From Sminthopsis crassicaudata (taxonomy: Eukaryota): 64,000 nt of DNA. Below are positions 49,231 to 62,189 of the stretch, in pieces (position 1 is the first letter of the stretch; every line of letters starts with the position of its first letter). The stretch is from assembly GCF_048593235.1 (NCBI RefSeq), contig NC_133623.1, positions 10,222,211-10,286,210 on the forward strand, written 5' to 3'. The position numbers and the translations under genes were made by a program. The notes under the pieces were generated by a model. That model saw nothing but the letters and a program-made list of their open reading frames with translations. It ran no database searches and was not told the DNA's origin.

Positions 49231-50304
49231 TTTGTCCAATTGAATCAATATAGTGTAGTGGGAAGAAGATGAATTTGAAGCCAGGAGGCCTGATTTCAGT
49301 TCTGGATTTGCTGCTTCCTACCTGTGTTACTCTCTGGATAGGGCCAGGGCACTGACCTGCCATAGGGCCCAAACTATGATGGTGCACATAGGTGGATGGA
49401 TATGAGATATTACAGAGAGAGCAGAGAGGGAGCTTTCAGTGTCAGGGCAGGTCAGCCTCAGTAAATAAAGGAGGTTATTGGTAGTGGTCTCCAACCAATG
49501 GTATCAGAGAGGGATAGCAGTAGAAGGTTTCAAATCAGAATGCTCCTGTAATGGGCAGAATGGAGGCTTTGGAGGAAGGAAAGTGGTCATTCCACTGTTC
49601 TGCGTAATTTGCTATTGGATGGCCCATGTAAACACTCATTTAAAGAGGGAAAAGATGAGGATCAAAAGAGAAAGGGGTGGAGAAAAGATTTATCCAAGGT
49701 CAATGGGTAGTAAGGAATAGGACTGAGATCTGAATCCATATCCTCTGACTGCAGCTCCACCAATCCAGGGAACCTTCCACTGTATCACACTGTCTCCCTA
49801 GGTTTGCTGTGGCTGCCCCTTCATGATATTTCAGCACACGTCTTCCTGGGACAGTTGGGGAACCAGACAAACCGAGCATACACTTTGTTTCCCTAGACTT
49901 CAAGCATCAGCCTGAGTTCACCCAAAAGACTTTTCATGTGATCCTGGGAACAGGTGTCTCCATAGGGAGGGCCTGAGCCTGGGAGTTTACTGCCCCATAC
50001 TGTCCCATTCTTACAGAGACAACCCCTCTCTCTCTCACTGACCCCGAGGCAGCAGGAGAGCAGGACCATCCCTATTCTCAAAAGCTTGGTGGTCTGCTTG
50101 GGAAGAAATGCTTACTGGACCAATTTATTGTCAATTACTGTATCATTTGAACTGAAAAATATTTAATGGCTTTATATTACCCAAAAGAATTCTTAAAAAG
50201 CCATCTTTCTTCAAAAAGCAAAGTCTTATTTTACCATCTCTAAGAAATCACTAGCAGTATAATTGCTTATGGTATCTTTTTTCCCTTTACCACATATACT
50301 ATTT

Positions 50305-50570
50305 ATTTTTAACATTCATTTTTGAGAAAATTTGAGTTCCAGATTCTCTTCCTAACTCCTGTCCTTCCCCCTTCCATTGAGAAGGCAAGACATATGATAT
50401 CAATTATACATGGGAAATCATGCAAAACACATTTCCATATTAGATGGTGCAAAAAATAAGCAAGACAAATTTAAAAAGCAAAAGTCATGCATCACTTTGC
50501 ACTCCAGAGTTCATAAGTCCTCTCTGAAGGTGAAAAGCATTTTTCATCATAGGTTCTTTGGAATTACCTT
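50305..50570 (-). mobile_element. Older LINE-1 3' UTR
   Basis: aatttgagttccagattctcttcc ... aattatacatgggaaatcatgcaaaacacatttccatatt. Confidence 0.75.
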
Positions 50571-50934
50571 ACGCCTGGAGTTCCTGTCAGTGAGCTCAGT
50601 GAAAAGACGGGTGAGGGAGTTTGCTTGTGAAGAGAACCGAGGGTGAAAATGGTCCCTGCTGATTGGAAATGAGAGAGATCCATCTTTTTAAAAACACCAT
50701 GATTTATTAATACTTTTGACAGCCTACTCACTTCCCAATTACTACCAGCGTTCCCACCCCTCAGGAAAGCAAAACAAATTAATACATTATCCATTTCTGA
50801 CAGTATATCAATGCTTACCATGTACAAAATTGAGTTCATTATCTTTTCGCCAAAATCTTCCCCCTTCATGACTTTTATATTACTGAGAAAAGCACCATCC
50901 TCCTCCTAGATCTCCAGACTCCACCTAAGTGGTC

Positions 50935-51175
50935 TCCTCAACTAGGTGAATAGAGCTCTGGATCTGGATGCAGGAAGATCTGTGTTCAAATGTAGATTTG
51001 AACACTTATTAATCGTGTAATCCTGAGCAAGCCTTTGTTTCAGTTTCTTCATCTGTAAAATGGGGATAATAATAGCATCCCAGAGCTGTTGAGAGGATCA
51101 ACTAAGACAACAGTTGTAAAGTGCTTAACAAGGTATGTGGCACATACCGGGTGCTTAATAAGTGCTTGTTCCATT
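50935..51175 (+). mobile_element. MIR SINE
   Basis: caggaagatctgtgttcaaat ... cagtttcttcatctgtaaaatggggataataatagc ... gcttaataagtgcttgttcc. Confidence 0.85.
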
Positions 51176-51684
51176 CTTCCCTTAGGAAGCGTATATTAAC
51201 TGAACTCAAGTCCAACTGTCAGTCCTCTTAAGGCACAGATTATTCTGTGTATTGTTCAAATTTTATATTGTGACTAGATCTTTTCAATAAAGAACTTGGG
51301 GAAAGCCAAAGGAACCTATTTTTATCTGGGGCAAATAATAACATAGGTAGGACAGGGAGAATGTTGTAGTGATAAGAGTTGAAGTTGAAGTCAAGATACT
51401 TAGTATCTGTGTGACATTTAACCCTATCTGGGCCTTAGTTTCCTGGAAAATGGGAGGTTTGGAATCATTGGCCTTGGAAGTCCCTTTCAAATTGAAATCT
51501 ATGAGTCTGTTTGAAAATAGAATCTGTGGAAGGACTTTGCTTAAAATAGTTTTATGCAAATCCCCTTTGCGTTAATTGATTTGGGCATGTGTTTTATTAA
51601 ATATCAGTTTTTTGGTTTTCCTTCTATGTTTACTATCTTTGATGACTGTTGTATATCTAACAAAAACTTTAAATGGTTAATTTG

Positions 51685-51742
51685 AAATGGATGTGTATTT
51701 GTGTGTGTATGTGTGCATACACACACAAATACACATCCATTT
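51685..51742. repeat. Perfect 27-bp inverted repeat with 4-nt spacer
   Basis: Left arm 51685-51711 aaatggatgtgtatttgtgtgtgtatg; spacer tgtg; right arm 51716-51742 catacacacacaaatacacatccattt is its exact reverse complement. Confidence 0.97.
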
Positions 51743-52859
51743 AAAGTATGTGTGCATGTATGAAAGCTTCTGTCTTCTCTCTGCACTTTTGCCCCTTAAG
51801 TGTTATTTGTAAACAGCCAAAGACCAAAGAGTCAGAGTAGGTCTTAGATTTCCAGGGCTTCCCACGGCTTAGCTTTGTAGGAAGCAAAGTTGATTTTGAA
51901 ACAGATGCATTTAAACCACTGGAGAGAACTACATCTTTGCTTCTGCAATTATCCCTACCGAGATAGATGGTCCACAGGGAAAGCAGTCTTCCCAAATCAA
52001 ATTTCCTATAAATGAAGTCTTGGGAAAAGCATCACTAATCTTGGTGCTTGATTCCCTAATAGCAGGTCATCTGGTGGATATAAAGAGAGTATGATGTGCA
52101 GAAGGCTATCATAAACAAAGGGAAATATTTCCGGTGTCTGGGACCAATCCCATCAGCGTGTCCCTAGGACAGAGCTGCAAAGCAGCTAACCACTCAGATC
52201 CTGATTATGAGCTCCTTGGGCTATGACACAGGAACATATTACTCTTCATATACTTCCCTGATAAAGAGTTGGATAGGATGCCTCCATAGTCACGTGATAA
52301 CAGAAGAGAATGTGGGACTGTTGCACAGTAAGAATCCACAGAAAGCCCCATCTTGAGGGAAAGATTGGCTTTTGAGGGGGTCCTTTCTCAGACCAGGCTG
52401 GGGTAAAATGCAGTTTTACAATTCAAGCAATCATCATTGTGCTTCACTTCAGGCAGCTATAGAGGGAGATCTGGCACCCCCCCCCCAGATTTTTTTTCCT
52501 AAAATAAGACTTATGAAGGGCGTTGAGGACTCATTCCTAGGTATGTGGTATTCTATAAATTTCTCAGATTTTGGATTGGATTTGTTGGAATAATATAAAG
52601 GATTATGTAAATTAGAAATAATTTGATGATTTCATATTTTCCACTTAAATTCAAATCCTGGGGCATGAGAGAACTCTAGGTTCTTAAAGGCTCTGTTAAT
52701 GGAACACAGGTCTTGACAGGTTGTCCACCGTGCTAAAAAGGTGTCCATGGACTTGAGGAGTGCCTGTGGCAGCCATCCAAGGACTAGTTTCACTAGTTCC
52801 TGGCTTATCACCATAGTGGTAGTGATCAGATAGTGAATTTTTTAAGGCCCCAGCAACTT

Positions 52860-54130
52860 AATCCATCAGTCAATGAAATAGCATTTATTAAGTGCTTACT
52901 GTGTGCCAGACCTATGCAGGGAATAAAAAGAAACAGCAAAGATAATCCATGCCCTCAAGGATCTGATAATCTGATGGAGACCACATATATAAATTGATCC
53001 ATATGGAATTGGATCAATAATATAGAGCCTGGAGGGAAAGCCTCCAATATGAGGTGTAGTGCTTGAGTTGAGTCTACAGTAAAGTCAGGGATTCTAAGAG
53101 GCTTTAAGCTTCTTCCCAACATGGAGAGCATTCCAGACATGGTATACAGACCAGGTAGAAGCACTGGTATGGGACACAGAGTTTCATGTGTGAGCAGGAA
53201 GTAGACCAGTATGGCGGAATCAGGTGGAGAATTTTAAATGCCAGTCATTTTCTATTTGATCCTGGAGAAAATAGAGTCATGAGAATATTCCAAATTAGAG
53301 GGGCATTATATGGTCTGATCTGCTCTTTAGGAAACTCACTTTGGTGACTGAGGAGAGACTTGAGGCAACGAGTCCAATTAGAAGATTCTTGGAGTGGGCC
53401 AGGTCTAAGGTGATGGAACCTGAATGAAGGTGATAGCTGTGTGAGTGCAGAGAAGTAAGGGGTATCGTAGACCAAGAGATGACGAGATTTGGCAACTTAT
53501 TGGATGTGTGTCATGGAGAAGGGAGTTGGGGTTGGTGCTGGGTTTCAGACCAGGATGACTAGAAAGACAGTGGTGCTTCTGTTGAAATAGGGAAGTTGAA
53601 AGAAGGGGAAAATAGTGGGTTCTGTTTTGGATATATGGATTCGGAGGTGTCCATTCAATTTGAACTGTTAAGTGAGCTGTTGGTGATATAGGACTACGGT
53701 TCATGAGAGAAAGTAGAATTCAATAAAGAGATCTGGGAATCATCTTTAGGAAGAGGTTATTGAACCTACGAGAACTGATAGAAAGTATAGAAAGGAAAGA
53801 GAAGATAGGGGCAGCTAGGTGGTGTAGTGGATAGAGCACCAGCCCTGAATTCAGAAGGACTTGAGTTCAAATCTGGTGTCAGACACTTCACACGTCCTAG
53901 CTGTGTGACCCTGGGCAAGTCACTTAACCCTAATTGCCTCAGGAAAAAAAATTGAGTAAGAGAGGATAACCAGGGCTAGAGTCTTGGGGGACACCCACAG
54001 TTATTGCTTGTGACCTGGATGAAGGTCCAGGAAAGGAAACTGAGAAGGCATAGTCAGACTGGAAAACCAAGAGAGGGAAGAATCACAAAAACCTAAAAAA
54101 GAGGAAATATTCAGGGAAAACAAATGATCA
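52860..54130 (-). mobile_element. L2 LINE 3' ~1.2 kb
   Basis: agcatttattaagtgcttactgtgtgccag tail; gtctgatctgctctttaggaaactcactttgg; gagatttggcaacttattggatgtg. Confidence 0.85.
53808..53951 (+). mobile_element. WSINE1-like SINE inserted in L2
   Basis: ggggcagctaggtggtgtagtggatagagcacc ... gagttcaaatc ... cttaaccctaattgcctcagg plus A tail; probable TSD aagaga(a/g)gata at 53797-53807 and 53958-53968. Confidence 0.9.
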
Positions 54131-54789
54131 ACAGTGATGATAAACACAGCAGCCCTGGGAGTGGCAGTAACTAGCTCCCAGACTATTCCTTCCTCCAGTC
54201 CAACCCTCCTGGAAGCAGCTCCAGTTGCTTCCCATCCCTACCAAGTGCCATCCAACTTCCTCACCAAGAGCGGACAAATACATTTTGTTGAAGCAGTAAG
54301 CACAAGGGAGAGACAGGAGGCTGCATGTGCCAGGGAAGTCAAACTACTACCATCTCTACCACCATCACTATCATTTCTCCTTAGATGCTGATGGAGACGG
54401 CTCAGGACCGTGAGCCTAAGAATCTTTGCAATAACAGTGTCGCACAAACCACTAGTCCAGCTTGTATTCTACCCATCATTGAGTGGAGAAATCATTGTAG
54501 AGAGGGGGGCCCTGTCTTGCCTCATTGTCACCACCACCAACTGCCCACTAACTACCACTAACAGGCAGAGAGGCACAGGATCCCTGGGAATGGCATCACT
54601 TCCCAGACCTAGGGTCATGCTGCTAGCCTAGACCTCAGAGCCAATTCCTGCAGAGAAGGACCCAGCTATGCTCACCACTTGCCACCCACAGGGCAACCAA
54701 GCCAGTCCAACTCTAGCAGTAAGACATCCAAAGTGAGAGCCAGGAGGCAGCATTGCTCCCAGACTCTAAGGACCATGGGACCTTTCCAT

Positions 54790-54955
54790 GTGACTTACAG
54801 CTGAACTCTTCCCTAGCTGGCTCTTTTCTCCCTTATTAGATTGGAATCTCCCTGAGAGCAGGCACTGTCTGATCTTTCTATTTGTATTCCTAATGCTAAG
54901 CATGGTGCTTTGTATATAGTAAGCACCTAATAAATGCTTTGTTCACTCATTCAGT
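54790..54955 (+). mobile_element. L2 3' end
   Basis: ccctgagagcaggcactgtct ... tagtaagcacctaataaatgctttgttcactcattca. Confidence 0.8.
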
Positions 54956-55031
54956 GCCCCAGTAAAGGGTAAAAAGGATGAGGACTGAGAAAAGGATGTT
55001 AGATTGGGCAATTGTAAGATCCTTGGTAATT

Positions 55032-55166
55032 TTTTGTTTTGTTTTGTTTTTGTGAGGCAATTGGGATTGACTTGCTCAAGGTCACACAGCTAGACATGTT
55101 AAGTGTCTGAGGTCTGACCTAACTCTAGGGCCGGTACTTTATCTGCTGTGCCATCTAGCTGCCCCC
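55032..55166 (-). mobile_element. WSINE1-like SINE (internally deleted)
   Basis: (TTTTG)n tail, gaggcaattgggattgacttgctcaaggtcacacagcta ... ctagctgcccc; degenerate TSD atccttggtaat / attcttagtaat. Confidence 0.85.
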
Positions 55167-55304
55167 ATTCTTAGTAATATTGAAAAGAGACCTCAGAAAA
55201 TGTGAATTTTTTGAGGGTAGATACTGTATGTCTTGTTTCCTCTTTGAACCTTGAAGTAACACGCACCCTTACATTAGGAGTCTCAGTGAAGCTTTTAGGC
55301 CTGG

Positions 55305-55540
55305 GCATGCTGGTAAATATTTAACAAAAGGATGGGTTGGGATGGGAAGGGAATGTATTCAAGAGACCTTTTCAAGTTTAATCTGCATTATAACATTTTC
55401 TCTCTCATGCTTTCTGAAGTCTATACAGTCAACAAAACAAGCCCTGATTTGTAGAGTTTGTGAATTTCTATGAGGTAAAAACTGACACTGAAAACCATAC
55501 TTCTCCCAGAGTCCTTTGTATTAGCTCCAGCAAAGTCCTG
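55305..55540. mobile_element. hAT-Tip100-type MITE sharing a terminal motif with the 22-26 kb fossil
   Basis: gctggtaaatatttaacaa terminus; aagccctgatttgtagagtttgtgaatttc; other end tattagctccagca. Confidence 0.6.
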
Positions 55541-56702
55541 ATTTTAGGGAAGACTGCTACTTGAACTGAAGGAAAGAAAGGGTTCTGTAAGGCAGAAATG
55601 AAGTTGAACTATATTTTGGATTTGGAGTTTATGCAAGCATTTGGCATGTCATTTGGATAACCTTTGGGTTCCATTTTGGCTGGATCATAATAGAAGATGT
55701 TAAGTCTGGGTAGGAGATTGTGGAAGGTCTGAAATGTCAGGCTGAAGAGTTGATATTTTATCCTAGAGACAACACAGTGAGCTCCTGAAGGTGGTTTTGT
55801 GGGTGAGGAGCAGGGAATTGCTGCTGGAGTTGTGGAAGAAGGGAAATCAACAGAATTTGACAATTAAATGGTTTCAATTACACTACAAGGTATTATAACT
55901 GAAAAGGGGATCACTTCAAGCCATGGATGCTGGATTTCCAGTGTTTTTGGTGAAAAATAACCTCCTTGAATGTTTCTGCCAACCAGTTGTATCAGATAGG
56001 TCTCCATTTGCTACACAGATTTCATGATTTAGAAGCACCATGGAAAACCTTAAAGAGCTTGTGAAGTACTGATTGTTATTGGTCGCTTTTGAAAGGTGAA
56101 GAAGTGGAATGCCCATCTTTGCTATCTTTGCTTAGTATTCCTTAATGTGCTGTCTGAGAAATCATCCAGTCCAACCCACTCAACATTTGGAGGAGGGAAT
56201 CAAGGCCTGGAGCCACATATTATGGAGAGGGAAAGATTCAGAACAGAAATTCTGTGATTTTTTTTTTAACATCCTACATGTTTGCCTATCCTTCGTACAT
56301 CTAATCTCAGTCCTAAGGAGGTTTCAAGGTAAACAAAAACTTAGAAAAGATGTGAATTTTACTTAATGAAGAGGAGGTGATGAGAATTGAGAGTTGGAGA
56401 TGAGAGTACAAAATTTGGCCCCTAGGAAACAAGGAAGGAGACAAGCATTTATTAAGTGCCAAATACTGGGCTAAGTGGTGAAAGAATAATAACAAAATAA
56501 AAAGAGCATTCTGCATTAACTTAGGGTGGGTTATGTTTGGGGCAGCATGATCCAGAGATCCAGCTTGGAGGCTGGAGCCGAGATTCTATTACCTTGTCTG
56601 TGGGATGGTCTGTCATAAGGATGGTATGGAATAAGTTGACATAAGTTGACATTAATTGTTTTGGTCAAAATCAGAGGACTTTGTGACTATCAGCTATTAT
56701 TA

Positions 56703-56843
56703 TTTTTTTCCCTGAGGCTGGGGTTAAGTGACTTGCCCAGGGTCACACAGCTAGGAAGTGTTAAGTGTCTGAGACTAGATTTGAACTGGAGTCCTCCTGA
56801 ATTCAAGGCTGGTGCTCTATCCACTGTGCCACCTAGCTGCCCC
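56703..56843 (-). mobile_element. Young WSINE1-like SINE
   Basis: Very similar to the 19821-19954 copy; 15-bp TSD tatca(g/a)ctattatta at 56688-56702 and 56844-56858. Confidence 0.92.
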
Positions 56844-58737
56844 TATCAACTATTATTACATAAAAGTATTTTAAGGCTTAAAAAGAGGTCTGCCAAAATA
56901 AAATGGGAGTAGTGGCGGTAATGATTCAGGACTTAGAGATACAGAGAAACTGGAAGGAAAGAAAATAATCCGATAATTTGATATTTCAGAGGGAAATTGA
57001 CTTATGCTTAATTTTGAAATGCTTTGGTTGACCATTTCTTTGTGAGCATGTTAATATGTTTTGGGGTTCTACTTGGGAGTGATTTTGGAATTATGACTAC
57101 TCTTCTTCTAACAATATTCGAACCCAGTGCATTTTTTACTCCATATCTGGCACCCACTACTGTAAGCTACTCTGCCTTCCTTGACTTCTATAGCTTTTTT
57201 TTTTAAAAAATTGGGGTTTGTTTCAAACCACAGACTTTCTTTTCTACTTGTATTTTCTCCCTAATTTTAAGTCTCCTCCATTGTGTTTTGGGGTTTGCAT
57301 TTTCCCAGTGGCCCACAACTGACCTCCACATTTGGGGGGGGCATTTATGTCTTAGTTCAGCAAACATGTTAGAATTGTTGGAGAGGATATCCGGATCCAA
57401 GAACATCTGGGGCTGTGGTCTGGGAGAAGGAAGTAAGGAATTGAGTGGTTAGAGCACTACCCAGGGCAGCTCGAGACACATGCCCTGTTAGAGGAAGAAG
57501 TGTCTGCCTTTTTCATGTGATGCCATCTCTTTCAGCTGTTGGGATGTTGTCTTCTTAGGCGAGTTTGTCCAGATTTCTCTTGGCTCAGGGTGCTGTTGTT
57601 AGAGTGCTGGGCCACCACGATTGACTGCCCAGTCAGCCTGGTACCGAGTATAGATGAGGAATCCATGACAAACTGCAGTGGTCCTTTTCTTCTTGCCATT
57701 CATCCCTTCCTTGCCCGCACACCTTTCTCAAAGTGGCCAGCAGCTGGCTACCCTTTGGGGGGTTTAACTTTCTCTTATCTTCTCTCGGGTTCCAAGAGAA
57801 ATGATAGGATTTGGGAAAGAATGGCTTACAGATCCTCGAGGGGATTATTTATCCAGTGATGATTTTGTTTCTTCTTCCTTCAAAAAGACAGGTTGGTCAG
57901 GATTGATTTCTTTGTTAAGTTACTTTTTTGTCACTCTGGCTTTGTTTCTTGTGGGCCTACGTTCTCTACTCCTGTTCTATTTGGTGCCTTGTATTTCACT
58001 ACTGTTTTGTCTGGGATGATAGGCAGCCTTTGGGTTGCCATATGTTTAGAGGAATACTGAACTAATATTAAGCATTTTGGATTTTGGATAGAAAATTCTA
58101 GATAAAAGCCATGTATTCTTTTTAGTGCGGGAAACTGACCCTGAGACTTGAGTTATTGCTTACTGTGGTATCTATAAAATATGGGGATCATATGGATGAA
58201 GATGAGAGGAACGCTCACAAAGCTGGGTATTTATTCTAGCTGTGCTTATTTTATGCAGCAGATACAGTCCTGAAAATTGGTCTCAATCCATTTTTGTGTG
58301 TGTCGAATCATTTAAAATGTATGGGAGTGGGGTGGGCGGTGGAGGCTGCGTGCTGCTGGAGAGAGAGAAGAGGACTTGGAGCTCTGCCATATTGAAGTTT
58401 GAATTCATCCTCTGATGTTCTATACAAAATTGTAAGAGATTAGAAAAAAGGGAACATACACAAACGTGGCTTTAAGCAGCATTGGGAAGAAAACAAATGT
58501 CTACTTGTTTATCCGTTGTTACAAGTGATAGCTTGATGGGTAGGTGAGGAAGAGTGAGGGAAAATATATTGAGAAATGAAGGTGATGTGGAAACAAAATA
58601 ATTTAATTTTTTAAAAATGTTGAAAATATAAAATGTTGCTCTTACTGGTCCAATTATGAATAGAACATTTTCTAATTCTCTTTGTTTTCCTTGAACATGT
58701 TGAGCCCTCTGATGTTGCTAGACAAGGCAAATATCTT

Positions 58738-59314
58738 TTTTTAAAATTAATTTTATAATTATAAAAATTTTTGACTGTATATATGCATGAGTAATTCTTT
58801 TATAATATCCCTTGTATTCATTTTTCCAAATTTTTCCCTACCCTAGATGACGGGCAATCCCATACATTTTACATGTGTTATAGTATATCCTAGATACAAT
58901 ATATGTGTGTAAATCCAATTTTCTTGTTGCACGTTAAGTATTGGATTCTGAAGGTATAAGTAACCTGGGTAGATAGACAGTAGTGCTAACACTTTACATT
59001 CACTTCCCAGTGTTCCTTCTCTGGGTGTAGTTGTTTCTGTCCATCATTGATCAACTGGAATTGGATTAGCTCTTCTTGTTTGTTGAAGATTTCCACTTCC
59101 ATCAGAATACATCCTCGTACAGTATTGTTGTTAAAGTGTATAATGATCTCCTACTTCTGCTCGTTTCACTCAGCATCAGTTGATGTCTCTCCAAACCTCT
59201 CTGTATTCATCCTGCTGGTCATTTCTTATATTCCATAACCTTCATATACCATATTTTACCCAACCATTCTCCAATGGATGGACATCCATTCATCTTCCAC
59301 TATGAAAAGAGCTG
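58738..59314 (-). mobile_element. 5'-truncated LINE-1 inserted into a MIR
   Basis: Exact 15-bp TSD caaggcaaatatctt at 58723-58737 and 59315-59329; MIR resumes 59330-59475. Confidence 0.92.
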
Positions 59315-59479
59315 CAAGGCAAATATCTTAACCTCTCAGCCTCAGTTTCCTCATCTATAAAATAGGAATAATAACAGCCCTTACTTCACTGGATTATTTA
59401 TAAGAATTAAATGAAATAGCATGTAAAAGATCTTGCAAATCTTAAAATGCTATTTAAATGCTGTTATCATTATTAATTT

Positions 59480-60390
59480 TAACATTATTAGCTACTCAGT
59501 TACCACGCCCTATCATTTCTTCCTCCACAACATCTCTCTTGTTCTTCACCTACTATCTTCTAACACAGTCATTGGTCTTATTAAGGTCTTCCTCTCTTCT
59601 CTCTTGGACCATTTTTGATAATTTCTTAATTGGTCTTTTTACTTCCAGTCTCTTACTTCTCTAATCTATCTTGTACACAACTATCAAAATAGTTTCCCTA
59701 AGACAGGGATTCTTAATCCTTTTGGTGTCATTAATAGTCTGGTGAAGACTAGATGCAGTCGCAAAATATTTTTAAATGCCTAAAGTAAAATGGATAAGTT
59801 TACAAAGGAAACTAATTATTTTGAAATACAGTTCTTAAAATATTAAAAAAAAAACTTGACAAGTTTATGTACCCCAGGTGAAGAACTCCTATTTTAAGGC
59901 ATGGATCTGACTATATGCTTAAGTACCTTCAGTGGCTCCCTATTTCTTCTAGAATAAACTAAAAACTCTTATACCTAACACCTAAAATCTTATAGATTTG
60001 GTTCCATCATGCCTTTCTAAACTTATTCCACATCTTTCCCTTTCATGAGTTCTGTGTAACAGCCCCATTGAACTTCTAGCTATTCCTCAAATTGGACAAG
60101 TCATCTCCCCTGTCTTTGGATTTTTTTTTCCTCAACTCTGCCTCCCTTAATTCTTCCAAGACTTGACTCGGATTTTTCCTTCTTGAAGACTGCCTTGAGC
60201 CCTTCCTTCTCAATTGTGATGCTACTCTCTCTCCTCAAATTATTTTATGTTTACTTCTTCATGTACATGTGTTATAATAAAGGAGAATCCAAGCTCTTTG
60301 AGGGAAGGAGCTGTTTCATTTATCTCTGTGTTCCCCAAGGTCTAGCACCATGCTAGAAGTTGCTTAGTAAATATTTGGGGAATTGGATTT
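59480..60390 (+). mobile_element. L2 3' region interrupted by a MITE
   Basis: ttcttaattggtctttttacttccagtct ... cagtggctccctatttcttctagaataaa ... ctctttgagggaaggagctgtttc ... agtaaatatttgg. Confidence 0.75.
59704..59891 (+). mobile_element. hAT-Charlie-type MITE (Charlie4-like, name tentative)
   Basis: Inverted termini cagggattcttaa / gaagaactccta; tacaaaggaaactaattattttgaaatacag. Confidence 0.75.
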
Positions 60391-60919
60391 AATTGAAGTC
60401 TACGTCTGCCTCTTTCTTCCTCTGTCATTTCCTGGTAATGTCCTTTTTTATATGCGTGACCTTACCATTGAATCTGAATCCTTCCAGACTAATATAACAA
60501 GTTATCCTTTATCTCTTGTAATTTAGGATTGGAGACATTGAGTTTAGCATGAGTTGGGTACACCCATAGAGAAACGAAGCAGATTAATGAGATGCTTGGC
60601 AGTGAAGAGTTGTTTTAACTCTTTTCCAGGCTCAGACATACCATTTCACAAACAATTGCTTCCATGATCCTTTGGAGATTTGAGTCTATTGAAGTCACTT
60701 GGGAGTAGCAGAAAATACAATTTTAGTTATTCTTTTTAGCTTAATACTATTTTAATGTTTAAAAATATCAGTGTCAATAATATAGATAGATAGATAGATG
60801 CATATATATATACACATATACATATACATATAGCATCTTAGACAAGAAGTTGATGTTGTTTTTGGTTGTTTTCACTAAAAAATCACAGAACACACTTCTA
60901 TGGCACTTTCTAAAAGCAG

Positions 60920-61150
60920 CTAAGAGGGCAGTGCAGTGCATAGAACACTGGGTCAGGCAGACCTGAGTTCAAATTCAGCCTTAGACCCTGACTAGCTCTA
61001 TGATCAAGTCACCCTCTACCTCAGTTTCCTCATATGTAAAATGAGGCTAATAACAGCACCTACTTCCCAGGGTTGTTGTGAGGATCCAATTAGATCATAT
61101 TTCTAAAGCATTCAGCATAGAGTAGGTGCTATATAATGCTAGTTGTTATC
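60920..61150 (+). mobile_element. MIR SINE
   Basis: gacctgagttcaaattcagcc ... cctcagtttcctcatatgtaaaatgagg ... acctacttcccagggttgttgtgaggatc. Confidence 0.85.
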
Positions 61151-61412
61151 ACTGGTGCTATTATTTTTACTGTTACTTTTCTGACAATGGTCCTGTCCAT
61201 GTTCCAAATCTTATTATCACTATTTTATAGATGATGGAACAAGGGCCCAGAGAGGGGATGTGATTTGGCCATTAAAGGGCAAGTCTTGAGGGTTCTTGTG
61301 TCAAAACCTCTTCATGTAACTGTTACTTTTCACTGAGTGCAGATGGTATTCAAAAGATTAACACTTGGCTGGCAGTTCTTTCTGGACTGTGTATGTTTTT
61401 TCTATATAGAAT

Positions 61413-61415
61413 TGC

Positions 61416-61490
<75 letters not shown>

Positions 61491-61497
61491 CACACAT
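61413..61497. repeat. Compound (TA)n(TG)27(TA)(CA) microsatellite
   Basis: (TG)27 at 61431-61484 within an uninterrupted alternating purine-pyrimidine run. Confidence 0.95.
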
Positions 61498-62189
61498 CCA
61501 TATAATACACTCACACACAGTCAATTAGCCCAGTGCCTGGCACAGTTGCTTAATAGGTGCTTTTTGCTTGCCTACCTTTCATCCATTGAGTTGTCTCAGC
61601 TTCCACTTCCTGGATATCAAACTGGCCTGGAAGCTGCTGGGCCATATTACAGGGCATTGTTCTCTTGAGTTGCTTACGACCTTTCTTCTGTCGCTTTTAG
61701 ACTCTTCATGTTAGAGATGTAGTGCTCAAGTGGGCCTTACAGATCATTGTATCTACCCTTCTTATTTTTAGAGAAGGAAACAGACACTGAGAAGGGAAGG
61801 GACCCACCCAACATCCCAGAGCCACCCTTGGTTATAGCTGGTTCTCCTGTCACATCTTTCATATCTTGCCATGTTCTATGCTCTGCACACAGCTGGTCAA
61901 AAGGAACCAGATCATACACAGCCATGCCTTCTAAGATGTCTTGGAATCCTTCTTCTTGATATGTAAAAGCAAGAAAATAAGAGTGTGAGTTGCTAAAAGC
62001 TTGATGCCAATTTTTGTGACCCTTTTGGATGCCAGCTAATGGAAAACTGCAATCAGAGTTCACCTTACAGAATCATTGCTTAATATTGTTGGATGAATCA
62101 TTGAAATTAGTGTTAGAAAAATACTTCCAGATGTGTGGCAGAGACTTGTGCAGAAATAAGAAATCAACATTCTGGAAAAAATGAGTTAG

